Assembly (NCBI GenBank): GCA_903867855.1
Contig: CAIPTA010000181.1
Location: 12,038 to 76,037 of the forward strand
Source: Oligoflexia bacterium
GTDB lineage: Bacteria; Bdellovibrionota; UBA1018; CAIPTA01
Length of the DNA stretch: 64,000 nt
Direction: 5' to 3'
The notes under the pieces were generated by a model. That model worked only from the letters and a program-made list of their open reading frames with translations, was not told the DNA's origin and did not search any database. Of the stretch, positions 38,610 to 47,688 are shown piece by piece (within the stretch, counting starts at the first letter, position 1; each line of letters starts with the position of its first letter). The position numbers were made by a program, and so were the translations under genes.

Positions 38610-39944
38610 TTAAGAATTTGTCTCAATTTGATTAAGTGCGTTGTACGCGGCTACCTTATACGCCTCAGCAAGAGTGGGATAGTTGAATACCGACTCGCGA
38701 ATGAAATCGAGTTTCGCCCCGAGACGTTGGAGTAGGAGCCCGATGTGCACGAGTTCCGTGGCGCCTTGGCCAATGATATGAGTGCCGAGGAGTTCCTTTG
38801 TTTCCCGATGAATGAAAAGTTTCAGTAAGCCATCCTCATCGCCCAAAATCTGACCCCGCGCGAGCTCCGAATAGTGGGCGCGCCCTACTACGAAGGGGAT
38901 CTTTTTCTCTAGGAGTTCCCGTTCGCCAAGGCCGGCGTAGGCAATTTCAGGATCGCAGTAAATTCCATAGGGGTAGATATCGGGAAATTTCGGATTGGAA
39001 AGTCCAAATGCATGCCTGGCAGACATGCGACCCTGTTCAGAGGATGTGGCAGCGAGCGCTGGGGCACCGATCACATCACCAGCAGCGTAAATATGGGGCA
39101 GATTCGTTTGGTAGTTTTCATTCACCACAATAAATCCGCGTGGATCTGTGAGCACACCTGCCTTTGACAACGCAAGGGCTTCTGTGTTCGGGGCACGGCC
39201 CATGCAAATCAGGGTAGCATCGAAGCGAAAAGCTTTTTTGCCTAGTTTAATTTTTAACTTCGCAGATCCTTTAGCCTGTTCAAAAGGCCCGATCTCTTCT
39301 CCGAGCTGAAACTTTACCCCTAATGAGCTGAGTTTTTTGCGGAGCATGGCGATCATTTCATCGTCTACATTGCGGAGTAATTCCTTGCGGCGATCCACAA
39401 GCGTAACTTTCGTGCCGAGACGAGCGAAGAGGCTGGCATATTCACAGCCAATCACTCCAGCACCTAGAATTAGCAGCTCTTTTGGCCCCTTGCTCATGGA
39501 AAGAATGGAGTCAGAATCGTGCACATTCTTCCATTGAAAAGGAAATTCGGGAAGGTGGAGGGGACGCGCCCCAGTAGCGATCAGAAATTTTTTGCCTTCG
39601 AGAACCGTAGTAGATTTTTCCACCAGAATTTGATGACTGTCAAGGAAGCTTGCCTTCCCTACGAAGTGAGATACTTTATTGCGCGCAAATTGATCTTTTA
39701 CAAGGCGGGTTTCCCGCGCTGAAATTTTTTGAGCTGCCGCCTGCGCTTTCTTCCAAGTGCTATTTGGTTTTAGCGCTGCTTCGCGAAGCATTTTGCTGGG
39801 AATGGTACCGAGGTGCGCACAAGCCCCACCTAATTTTTTATTTTCTACGATAGCAACGCTTTTACCGGCCTTCACCGCTTGAATGGCGGCTCGTTGGCCG
39901 GCGGGGCCTGAGCCGATCACAATCAGGTCAAAGCTTTGCTTCAT
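38610..39944 (-). CDS. sthA: soluble pyridine-nucleotide transhydrogenase-like flavoprotein disulfide-reductase family member
   Basis: FAD-binding N-terminus DLIVIGSGPAG. The site GGACAHLGTIPSK carries a single Cys, as in SthA/UdhA, rather than the CxxxxC of lipoamide dehydrogenases. NAD-binding GAGVIGCEYA. Confidence 0.6.
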   Translation of the reverse strand: MKQSFDLIVIGSGPAGQRAAIQAVKAGKSVAIVENKKLGGACAHLGTIPSKMLREAALKPNSTWKKAQAAAQKISARETRLVKDQFARNKVSHFVGKASFLDSHQILVEKSTTVLEGKKFLIATGARPLHLPEFPFQWKNVHDSDSILSMSKGPKELLILGAGVIGCEYASLFARLGTKVTLVDRRKELLRNVDDEMIAMLRKKLSSLGVKFQLGEEIGPFEQAKGSAKLKIKLGKKAFRFDATLICMGRAPNTEALALSKAGVLTDPRGFIVVNENYQTNLPHIYAAGDVIGAPALAATSSEQGRMSARHAFGLSNPKFPDIYPYGIYCDPEIAYAGLGERELLEKKIPFVVGRAHYSELARGQILGDEDGLLKLFIHRETKELLGTHIIGQGATELVHIGLLLQRLGAKLDFIRESVFNYPTLAEAYKVAAYNALNQIETNS

Positions 39945-40420
39945 TAGTGGTGGTGGCCACCAGCGCCGTGCACGTGTCCGTGGGCCTGCTCTTCTTCTGT
40001 GGCCAAGCGGATTTCCATCAACTCTACATCGAAATCGAGGTCTTTACCGGCGAGGGGATGATTGCCATCCAGTACCACTTCTTTATCATTCACGGAGGTA
40101 ACTACGAATACTGGGGCGTGGTGATCATTTGCATCCGGACGAAAGCGATCGCCAATTTTTACGTCTAAATCTTTTGGGAACTGAGTGCGAGGCACGCTCA
40201 TCATGCGATCCTCTTCTTTTTCGCCGTAAGCATCTTTCGCGAGCACATGAACTTTCTTTTTATCGCCCACTTTCATTTCCAAGAGAGCAAGTTCGAGACC
40301 AGGGATGATTTGGCTGTGTCCGGCTAAAAAGGCTAGAGGCTCCGCTCCGCGGGAACTATCCAGCACGGTGCCAGAATTATCGGTGAGGGTATAGTGAAAG
40401 GCGATTACATTCGTAGACAT
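39944..40420 (-). CDS. slyD: FKBP-type peptidyl-prolyl isomerase with His-rich metal-binding tail
   Basis: FKBP fold motifs (..FHYTLTDNSGTVLDSS.., ..GHSQIIPGLELALLEMKVGDKK..) and C-terminal EEQAHGHVHGAGGHHH. Confidence 0.7.
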   Translation of the reverse strand: MSTNVIAFHYTLTDNSGTVLDSSRGAEPLAFLAGHSQIIPGLELALLEMKVGDKKKVHVLAKDAYGEKEEDRMMSVPRTQFPKDLDVKIGDRFRPDANDHHAPVFVVTSVNDKEVVLDGNHPLAGKDLDFDVELMEIRLATEEEQAHGHVHGAGGHHH

Positions 40421-40527
40421 GAGAGCTCCTTTTTGAACACGCTTAGCCAGAATACCATCATAAATTTTTTCATTCCGATACAGGAAAATTCTGATAGACT
40501 CGAAAACATTCTTTAAGGAGGAATTTC

Positions 40528-40809
40528 ATGACACGCCGTAACCTTGCCGGGCTATTTTTGCTACTTTTCTCATTCACTTCGGTGGCTGTAACAGCTCAAG
40601 CGGATGACGCTTCTCCAGTATCGGTGAGTCATCCTGCGAAGAAGAAATCGCACTCTCACAAGAAATCCAAAAAGAACAAAAAATCTAGGGGCAAAAGAAG
40701 CTCGCCTAGCTCCAAAATGGGTAAGCGGAAATCTCATTCGCCCCAAGTTACGAATGCCGCTCAAGAGCCAGGCACTCCTCTACCGCCTCCTCAAGTACCG
40801 AAAGAATAG
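40528..40809 (+). CDS. small secreted Lys/Ser-rich basic protein
   Basis: Signal peptide MTRRNLAGLFLLLFSFTSVAVTAQA, then KKKSHSHKKSKKNKKSRGKRSSPSSKMGKRKSHS and a Pro-rich tail. Confidence 0.4.
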   Translation: MTRRNLAGLFLLLFSFTSVAVTAQADDASPVSVSHPAKKKSHSHKKSKKNKKSRGKRSSPSSKMGKRKSHSPQVTNAAQEPGTPLPPPQVPKE

Positions 40810-41229
40810 TTTCTGCTCGGCTAAATAAAGCACCCCAAACGCTCCGAGGCATAGCCACTTCATCGTGGTGAATTCCGGCAAATAATGGGGTGCCAAATTC
40901 CCTGATTGAAGGCAATAGAGGATAGTGCCCGTTTCGATCACATCGGCAGTTGCGGCGAGCGCGATAAAATTTCCTAGCATTTTATTTTTGGCATTATGGG
41001 CTAGCCTCAGGAGCAGGGCCACGTAGGCTGGAATGAACAGAAAAAGATCAGCGCACTCGCCCCAGAAATGCCTACGCTCATCGATCGGAGTGAGCGAGCT
41101 CAAGAAATATCTCGCCTCTTCTACGCTATAGTGAAATCTAGCATCTAGTGTTGGAAGGCCGTGGTTCAGAGTACTCACGAGTATTCCCGCAGAAACAAAA
41201 AATCCGAGTTGCCAGCGCCAATTTTTCAT
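40780..41229 (-). CDS. hypothetical small membrane protein
   Basis: 149 aa with 3-4 hydrophobic helices and no motif. Confidence 0.35.
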   Translation of the reverse strand: MKNWRWQLGFFVSAGILVSTLNHGLPTLDARFHYSVEEARYFLSSLTPIDERRHFWGECADLFLFIPAYVALLLRLAHNAKNKMLGNFIALAATADVIETGTILYCLQSGNLAPHYLPEFTTMKWLCLGAFGVLYLAEQKLFFRYLRRR

Positions 41230-41232
41230 CCG

Positions 41233-42294
41233 CTACCTCGTGTTCATCGCCACACGAAGCGCCTCAATCCACTCATTTGGCGATATGGGGAGATCCACAT
41301 GCCAGGGGCGCTTTGCTTCTAAAATAACTGGATCGTTCACATCCTTGGGGAGTGTCCACGCTCTACCAAGGGAATCTACTAGTTCCAAGAAAATGGCGAG
41401 TCGATACAATAAAGGATCCACTTCCTTTAGGAAGTAAGGTTCGCGATAGAAGCGCACACTCGGCTCGATATTCTTGAACACCGAATAAAAATGAAGACCG
41501 AAAGCCGATGGCTCCTCTTGAGAAACACCAAACACTTTGCGTTCGCGCACGAGGCGCGCGATCGCGGGGATTTTCAATTTGCCCATTTCTTCTTCGAACT
41601 CCGACCAGTTTGGGTAGGCGAGAGCCATGTGGAGTTTACCAATTTGGGTGAGCATCGCCGCAGGAGCAGCTAACTTATGAAAGCCAAATTGCGGGGCACG
41701 CTCTGCTAGGCAATGCGCGAGCAGGGCATAGCGGCGTGCTCGTTTATTAGTCTCCACGAAATAAGGTTCTAAGTTTTTTTTGAAATCATCTCGCTGGGAG
41801 CCGATCAGGCGCAGCCAATCGAAGAGAGTTCCAGAGGCATAAACACTCTCAGAATAAGGAAATTTATTGCGCGTAAAGAGCTCTTCCATTTCGAGAGCAG
41901 TGCGGAGGTATTCAGAGGCAACGAAGCCTTTTTTTTCCTTCGTTTCTAGGGCTGGAAATTTTCCAGTCACGGCTCTGTGCATTCGAAGTGCGATGATCAA
42001 GTTTCTACTCCCAATCATTCCCAGTAAATTGATCAGGCGATGGGTGGGGCTTTGCTTTTTTTTCGTCTTATCTTCTTTGTCGTCTTTTTCTTCTTTGGCC
42101 ACGCGAGCGGTTTTCTGCATCACGAAGGCAGCGAAAATATTTTTGTACACTGGGTTGCGGTTGAGAATTCCCACGAGATCATCGGTGGTAACATCAATAT
42201 CAATAAATTCCTGAAGAGTATCATTGGCCGTAGCACCGAGCTGGATCGGAAAAATGCTTTTGGTGAGGATTCCGTGTAGAGCGCTATCTGCCAT
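41233..42294 (-). CDS. HDOD-domain signalling protein (putative)
   Basis: ..HRLINLLGMIGSRNLIIALRM.. resembles the HDOD core (LG.n.vRNL..a..). No HD catalytic His-Asp dyad was recognised. Confidence 0.4.
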   Translation of the reverse strand: MADSALHGILTKSIFPIQLGATANDTLQEFIDIDVTTDDLVGILNRNPVYKNIFAAFVMQKTARVAKEEKDDKEDKTKKKQSPTHRLINLLGMIGSRNLIIALRMHRAVTGKFPALETKEKKGFVASEYLRTALEMEELFTRNKFPYSESVYASGTLFDWLRLIGSQRDDFKKNLEPYFVETNKRARRYALLAHCLAERAPQFGFHKLAAPAAMLTQIGKLHMALAYPNWSEFEEEMGKLKIPAIARLVRERKVFGVSQEEPSAFGLHFYSVFKNIEPSVRFYREPYFLKEVDPLLYRLAIFLELVDSLGRAWTLPKDVNDPVILEAKRPWHVDLPISPNEWIEALRVAMNTR

Positions 42295-42356
42295 TTTGAT
42301 TCAGGATAGGAGCTTCGACACTTGAAGTCAAATTGCAAAGGTCTCATACTAGAGGA

Positions 42357-42758
42357 ATGAAAACGATCGCTAAAGATATTATGTCGCAAAAGTTAATCGT
42401 GGCTCGAGAGGGCATGAATATCGAGGAGGCGGTGAAGCTACTGGTGAATAATAAAATTACTGGATTGCCCGTGGTTGATGCCGCTGGGCATATGATCGGT
42501 ATCCTCTCGGAGTATGATATAATCGCGACCGTGGGAAAGCAGACTCATATCGAGGCCTCTCTCTTTGCCAATTCTATTTCCTACACAAAAACTGTGGAGA
42601 GCGTAGATGAGGATACTCCGCTAGCGGATATTCTACAGCGATTTATTAATTTGAAGTGTCGTCGCCTCCCCGTGCTGGATAAAGCGAAACGCCTAGTGGG
42701 AATAATTTCTCGCAGGGATGTGATGAAGGTTCTCTACTACCGCGCGAAAGTAAATTGA
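42357..42758 (+). CDS. CBS-domain pair protein
   Basis: Two CBS repeats (..ITGLPVVDAAGHMIGILSEYDII..; ..RRLPVLDKAKRLVGIISRRDVMKVL). AGAGGA RBS before the ATG at 42357. Confidence 0.75.
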   Translation: MKTIAKDIMSQKLIVAREGMNIEEAVKLLVNNKITGLPVVDAAGHMIGILSEYDIIATVGKQTHIEASLFANSISYTKTVESVDEDTPLADILQRFINLKCRRLPVLDKAKRLVGIISRRDVMKVLYYRAKVN

Positions 42759-43399
42759 TGAAAATACAGCTGCGTAATCAGGATGGGATCGAGGTGCTAG
42801 AGCTAGAAGGCTCCATCGATGCTCATGATATGCAAGTATTGAAGGCCGGGATCACCAAGCTTTTGCGGGCCGGAAAAAATCGCATCATCCTCAGTTTCGC
42901 TGATTCTATTGCCCTCATCACGGGCGACATTTTGCGTGAGATCGCGATTCTAGACCTTTTTGCCAAGGAGTTGGCGGGGGCAGTAGTTTTGGCGACTTCG
43001 AATGAAAAACTCACTCAAGTGATTTTAAATTATACAAAGCCTTCCGTTTTATCCGCATTCCCTGAAGTGAAGCTCGCCGTTTCTTTTTTTAAAAATGCCA
43101 AAGAGGAATCCCTCAAGCCCTTTGATTCTAAAGTGGCGAATGAGCAGCTAGCCGCAAAGGATACAGAGATTTCCGCGCTCAAAAATCAGCTAAAGCTTCT
43201 CGATCCTCGCGAAGTAGCAGATCTTCGCAAAAAGAACGCCGAGCTACTGAAGCAAAATGGAATGCTAGAAGAAGAGTTAGCGGCTTCCCTTAAAGTGAGG
43301 CGTGCGCCTCCCACCGTGGCCGCCTATGAGCAGAAAGTGAATCTTTTGGAGGGATCGCTCGCGAGGCTCACAGAGCAATTGCAAAAGGCTAAGCAATGA
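42758..43399 (+). CDS. STAS-domain (anti-sigma-antagonist-like) protein with C-terminal coiled coil
   Basis: N-terminal ..GIEVLELEGSIDAHDMQVLKAGITKLL..RIILSFADSIALITGD.. has STAS topology. C-terminal heptad-rich segment (LKNQLKLLDPREVADLRKKNAELLKQNGMLEEELA). Confidence 0.55.
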   Translation: MKIQLRNQDGIEVLELEGSIDAHDMQVLKAGITKLLRAGKNRIILSFADSIALITGDILREIAILDLFAKELAGAVVLATSNEKLTQVILNYTKPSVLSAFPEVKLAVSFFKNAKEESLKPFDSKVANEQLAAKDTEISALKNQLKLLDPREVADLRKKNAELLKQNGMLEEELAASLKVRRAPPTVAAYEQKVNLLEGSLARLTEQLQKAKQ

Positions 43400-43593
43400 G
43401 TTCTTTCATTCGTGATACATGCACGGCCTGCGCGATTTGCGAGGGTGTATGTCCCACGAAGAGCATTTTTCCCGTTGGCGAAAAATTCTCGATCGATACG
43501 GATACTTGTGAAGAATGCAAGCTCTGCGTTTCCGTTTGTCCGGTGGACGCGATAATTAAACTGAAGCCGCCAGGCTCTGGTTCAGCTGCATAA
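43396..43593 (+). CDS. 2x[4Fe-4S] ferredoxin
   Basis: CTACAICEGVCP and CEECKLCVSVCP are two CxxCxxCxxxCP clusters. Confidence 0.8.
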   Translation: MSSFIRDTCTACAICEGVCPTKSIFPVGEKFSIDTDTCEECKLCVSVCPVDAIIKLKPPGSGSAA

Positions 43594-44668
43594 ATCGTTT
43601 CAAACCTAGAGCTAGGCTTGCTTCCTGCCATGTTGGATCACTTGGGTTAAACGCAAGGTAGAGTTTGTCGCCAGCTTTGGTGAGTGCTCTCGGATCTTTA
43701 AAGCGATTCTTCCACGCAAAATTTTCTTCTCGCAAAGCCCGAAGCACAGCAAAGTTTCCGATCGTGCCAAACTCTTGCAGGAAGTAATGCCAATTCGTCT
43801 TTGGCAAAGCTGCTCGAAGGGCCTCAGAAAACATTCCAGCGCTTTGATAGCTCTCCGTTTTGGCCGCAGGGAAATCTAAGCTCCTTTGAAAGCAGCTTGT
43901 GGCAAAGCTAGCCGCATCAGAATCGCCAAACAGAAACTCTTTACCTCTCTTGCCAAGCCCTGTGTGCACGTCTAATACGTAGGCTTCTTCAGTTAAGGGA
44001 AAGTGCTGGCGTAAAAATTCCACCACATGAAGTATTTCACGTTGTAAGGATGTGCCTGCATAAAAAAGTCCATCAGGATGGGTGTTTTGGCCGGATGCAA
44101 TAGCTTGGAGCGCACGCTCTTTTCCGTGGCCTAGAAGTTGGAACAAAAAACCAAAATAGCTCGTATATTTCGCTCGCGGAGTAGAAGGGGAGAGAAAGGG
44201 ATGAAACTTTTCGTAGTCTGGATTGATCTTAGTTTTATCTTTTAAAAAATTCCGATTGAGGTCCACATTATTGGCGTTGGTGCGGCGGTAAAATGCCATG
44301 CCAAAGGCATTCAATCCATGAATAAAAAGAATGGAGTGATCACCTTGGGCGAGTAATTTAGCGTCGAGAGATTCTTTCAGAATTTTGGTTTGAATAGCAG
44401 AGCCGGTATACGCCTCGATGCCATGCAATCCAGAAATATGAAGCAGTAATTTTTTTGGATTCCGCTTGAGCATGGAAAAGTCTACATAGAGCTCGGAGCT
44501 TTCCTCGGCTGGTGCTCGCAATCTTAATTGGCGAAAGCCGCGGGCTTCTGCTGCCGCCAGAAAATGATCGCGAGCGGTGGCATAGTCTTTTTGAAAATAG
44601 CTCAACCCAAGCTCTCCACAAAGGCCAGTACTTCTTCCACGTGGCCATCCACTTTCACGCCGCGCCAT
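43556..44668 (-). CDS. M14-like zinc carboxypeptidase / succinylglutamate-desuccinylase-fold protein (DUF2817-like), putative
   Basis: ..LLLHISGLHGIEAYTGS.. resembles the HxxE zinc site of the deacylase/M14 fold. Weak call. Confidence 0.35.
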   Translation of the reverse strand: MARRESGWPRGRSTGLCGELGLSYFQKDYATARDHFLAAAEARGFRQLRLRAPAEESSELYVDFSMLKRNPKKLLLHISGLHGIEAYTGSAIQTKILKESLDAKLLAQGDHSILFIHGLNAFGMAFYRRTNANNVDLNRNFLKDKTKINPDYEKFHPFLSPSTPRAKYTSYFGFLFQLLGHGKERALQAIASGQNTHPDGLFYAGTSLQREILHVVEFLRQHFPLTEEAYVLDVHTGLGKRGKEFLFGDSDAASFATSCFQRSLDFPAAKTESYQSAGMFSEALRAALPKTNWHYFLQEFGTIGNFAVLRALREENFAWKNRFKDPRALTKAGDKLYLAFNPSDPTWQEASLALGLKRFMQLNQSLAASV

Positions 44669-45042
44669 TCTTGCAGGATTTTACCTTTTTCATCTAAGAG
44701 AAAAGTGCTGCGTTCGATGCCGCGCACTTTTTTTCCATACATATTTTTCATCTTGATCACATCGAATTCTTTGCAGGCGGCTTCTTCGCTATCACTCAAG
44801 AGATGAAAGGGAAACTTCATCTTAGCGCGAAAGCGTTCATGGGAGGCGAGGCTATCCCGCGAAATGCCGAAAATCTCCACGCCAAGTTTTTGAAATTTTC
44901 TATAGTGCTTCGCGAACGCTTCCCCTTCTCGCGTGCAGCCTGGGGTGCTATCCTTTGGGTAAAAATAGAGCAGCACTTTTTTGCCTTTCCAGTCGGAAAG
45001 ATCGAAGGATTCGCCGGAGGTGGAAGCTAATTTTTGGTTCAT
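44602..45042 (-). CDS. bcp: thiol peroxidase Bcp (peroxiredoxin Q)
   Basis: ..KKVLLYFYPKDSTPGCTREG.. is the peroxidatic Cys motif. Start taken at the ATG at 45042, not the long upstream extension. Confidence 0.8.
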   Translation of the reverse strand: MNQKLASTSGESFDLSDWKGKKVLLYFYPKDSTPGCTREGEAFAKHYRKFQKLGVEIFGISRDSLASHERFRAKMKFPFHLLSDSEEAACKEFDVIKMKNMYGKKVRGIERSTFLLDEKGKILQEWRGVKVDGHVEEVLAFVESLG

Positions 45043-45971
45043 GTTTTGGCCTTTCTGAAATAGGGGAAGGATTGAATCGTAAGCGCGGTTAGAATTAATA
45101 ATGCACCAGCGGCCTGCCAAATATTGAGGCGCTCGCCTAAATAGAAGTAGCCCACAAGCGCTCCCTGAATTGGCTGCACAAATAGCGTGAGCGACACAAA
45201 GGCAACCGGAGCACTTTGCAGCGCATAGGTCCAATAGGCATAGGTGATTGTGGTTCCGAGCGGACCCATCCAAAGCAGCGCGAGCATGCTTTTGCTATTC
45301 AATAAAGATAGATTGGGAAAGCTTTCCTGGCGAATTGCGAAAAGATACATCGAAAAAAAGAAATAGCCTAAGCTTAAAGCAAATCCAAAAATAGTGATGG
45401 GGGAAAATTCTTCCGCCAGTCTTCTGCTAATGATGCTATACATTGCCTCCGCTGGCAGCGCGAGCATCATCAAAATATTTCCCATGTTGAATAGGGAAAG
45501 CGATTCACTCACTTTGTCTGGCCGCAGATTACTCAAAAAACAAAAGCCCACCACGGCAAATTGAAACGCGAGCAATTGTCGCCACGCCATTCGCTCGCCT
45601 AAAAATACTCGAGCCAACACCACGGCAAAGAGGGGTTCTAGCGCAACTATGATAGCATTTTCCGTGGCGGTGCTTCTGGCTAGGCCCGTATACTGAAAAT
45701 AGGGCGAGGCAAAAAAGGTGATGATGCCCATCAAAAAAATCCACAGAATATGCGGGCGACTCAGTACCTTACGGATTACTGGCCCAGATTGCTTTTTTCG
45801 CGCCATATGAACGATGGCAATCAACAAGACACCGAGCCAAGCAGCGCCATAGCGGAGCCACGCGGTTTGGAAGGGGGAATAGTCCTGCAAGAGGATTTTC
45901 CCCATCGTGGGATTCGTTGCCCATATTGCATTGCATATAATTAGACCGACTAAAGTTTGCCAAGACATCAC
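45039..45971 (-). CDS. EamA/DMT-family transporter
   Basis: 10-TM drug/metabolite-transporter duplication pattern. 310 aa. Confidence 0.7.
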   Translation of the reverse strand: MMSWQTLVGLIICNAIWATNPTMGKILLQDYSPFQTAWLRYGAAWLGVLLIAIVHMARKKQSGPVIRKVLSRPHILWIFLMGIITFFASPYFQYTGLARSTATENAIIVALEPLFAVVLARVFLGERMAWRQLLAFQFAVVGFCFLSNLRPDKVSESLSLFNMGNILMMLALPAEAMYSIISRRLAEEFSPITIFGFALSLGYFFFSMYLFAIRQESFPNLSLLNSKSMLALLWMGPLGTTITYAYWTYALQSAPVAFVSLTLFVQPIQGALVGYFYLGERLNIWQAAGALLILTALTIQSFPYFRKAKT

Positions 45972-46059
45972 CCGAGAATATATTTGTTTTTCCCGTCCAC
46001 TGCTATATGTTTATAGCGTGCAACCATTTGATCTTTTTTCCCCCACCGAAGAACACAAA

Positions 46060-47217
46060 ATGCTTCGGGACACAGTGCGCGATTTTACGAAATCAGAAGT
46101 GGAGCCTCAGGCTCATGAACACGATCGTAAGGAGCGCTTCAATCTCTCTTTGTTCAAGAAGCTAGGTGAACTTGGATTGCTCGGTATTACTGTGCCGGAT
46201 ACCTTTGGTGGAGCTGGAATGGATGCTCTCGCGGCCTGCATCGCGATTGAAGAGCTGAGCTATTCCGATCCTGGTTTTGCACTCGCCTATTTGGCCCATT
46301 CGATTTTGTGCGCCAATAATATTGCGCAAAACGCGAGCACAGAGCAAAAAAAGAAATACTTGCCGAAGCTTTGCACCGGCGAATGGATTGGCGCCATGGC
46401 AATGTCGGAGCCGAATGCGGGCACTGATGTGCTAGGCATGGAAACTCGCGCCGTGCAGTCTGGCACAAACTATTTGCTAACTGGTCGTAAGATGTGGATT
46501 ACGAATGGCACCACGGATGAGCAGGGTACTCCTGCGGATGTGGTGCTCGTCTACGCGCGCAGTGATATCAAAGATTCTGGTAAAAAAGCGGAAGTAACTA
46601 CCTTCCTCGTGGATAGATCGATGAGCGGCTATTCGGTGGGGCAAAAAATTGTGGATAAGCTCGGTATGCGCGCCTCCAATACGGCGGAGCTCGTATTTGA
46701 TAAAGTGCCTGTACCGAAAGAAAATCTAGTGGGCGAACCAGGCCATTCGCTCTTGCACATGATGAAGAATTTAGAAATCGAACGCCTCACCTTGGCTGCC
46801 ATGAGTTTGGGAATGGCTCGTAGAGCACTCGAAATCATGAACCGCTATGCGGAAGAACGTAGTGCCTTTGGTAATTCTCTCAATCGTTTTGGACAAATTC
46901 AGCGTCATATCGCCGAGAGCTATGTGGAATATAAGGCTGCCCGTTGCTACCTCTATGAAGTGGGTCGCAACTTGAATTTGGCTGTGGAAGGTAACCGCGT
47001 GGATTCTGATGGCGTGAAACTCTTTGCCGCTACCATGGCGAAGAATGTTTGCGACAAAGCCATTCAGGTGCTCGGTGGCTATGGCTATGTGGGTGAATAT
47101 ACCGTGGAGCGCCTATGGCGCGATGCTAAGCTTATCGAAATTGGTGGGGGCACCTTAGAGGCCCATCACAAAAATATCACTAGGGATCTCGCAAAAAATC
47201 CGAGCTTAATAGAATAG
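46060..47217 (+). CDS. acyl-CoA dehydrogenase (isovaleryl-CoA dehydrogenase-like)
   Basis: ..GAMAMSEPNAGTDV..WITNG.. and the C-terminal catalytic region ..YGYVGEYTVERLWRDAKLIEIGGGT.. are typical ACAD. Confidence 0.85.
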   Translation: MLRDTVRDFTKSEVEPQAHEHDRKERFNLSLFKKLGELGLLGITVPDTFGGAGMDALAACIAIEELSYSDPGFALAYLAHSILCANNIAQNASTEQKKKYLPKLCTGEWIGAMAMSEPNAGTDVLGMETRAVQSGTNYLLTGRKMWITNGTTDEQGTPADVVLVYARSDIKDSGKKAEVTTFLVDRSMSGYSVGQKIVDKLGMRASNTAELVFDKVPVPKENLVGEPGHSLLHMMKNLEIERLTLAAMSLGMARRALEIMNRYAEERSAFGNSLNRFGQIQRHIAESYVEYKAARCYLYEVGRNLNLAVEGNRVDSDGVKLFAATMAKNVCDKAIQVLGGYGYVGEYTVERLWRDAKLIEIGGGTLEAHHKNITRDLAKNPSLIE

Positions 47218-47223
47218 AGGCCC

Positions 47224-47679
47224 ATGTTCTGGAAACTATTGCATGCTGCTTTAGCCTTCGCGGTGGATATCGAAGACGATGATTTTCATGAACTACAAAA
47301 TCAGGCTTCGCAAGCACTAGAGAGTTTAAAGAATTTTCAGCAGCCGGGGGCAACGCACTCGGCCTTAGATCATGTGCGCGTTCGCGTGATGCACTTGGCG
47401 ACGGATCAACACTTTCTTAATGCCTTGCAAAAACTCTGGAATCATCCGAATCGCATGCTCTGTATTTATTTGGAGATTGGCGCCGTAGTGCTGATCACAG
47501 TGTATAAAGCGTGGCGCCAAGCTGTGCAGAAGCATTGGTTTGGCAAGCTATTCGTAGGTTTCTACTGTATGATTCTACTTTGGGGCTCGGTGAGCTTCGC
47601 GATTCCTTACTATTGCTATGGAGACAGTTATCTCACTGTGCTCAAGGGAATCAAATCTGTCGTATTCGACACGAAATAG
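47224..47679 (+). CDS. hypothetical small membrane protein
   Basis: 151-aa ORF with two hydrophobic helices, immediately upstream of the catalase-related gene. Confidence 0.3.
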   Translation: MFWKLLHAALAFAVDIEDDDFHELQNQASQALESLKNFQQPGATHSALDHVRVRVMHLATDQHFLNALQKLWNHPNRMLCIYLEIGAVVLITVYKAWRQAVQKHWFGKLFVGFYCMILLWGSVSFAIPYYCYGDSYLTVLKGIKSVVFDTK

Positions 47680-47688
47680 AGGTCTTCC

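Noticed and set aside
44602-45273. Long 223-aa form of the peroxiredoxin ORF
   Set aside because: The N-terminal 76 residues (Cys/Leu/Ala-rich) are not part of the Bcp fold. A proper ATG gives a canonical 147-aa Bcp.
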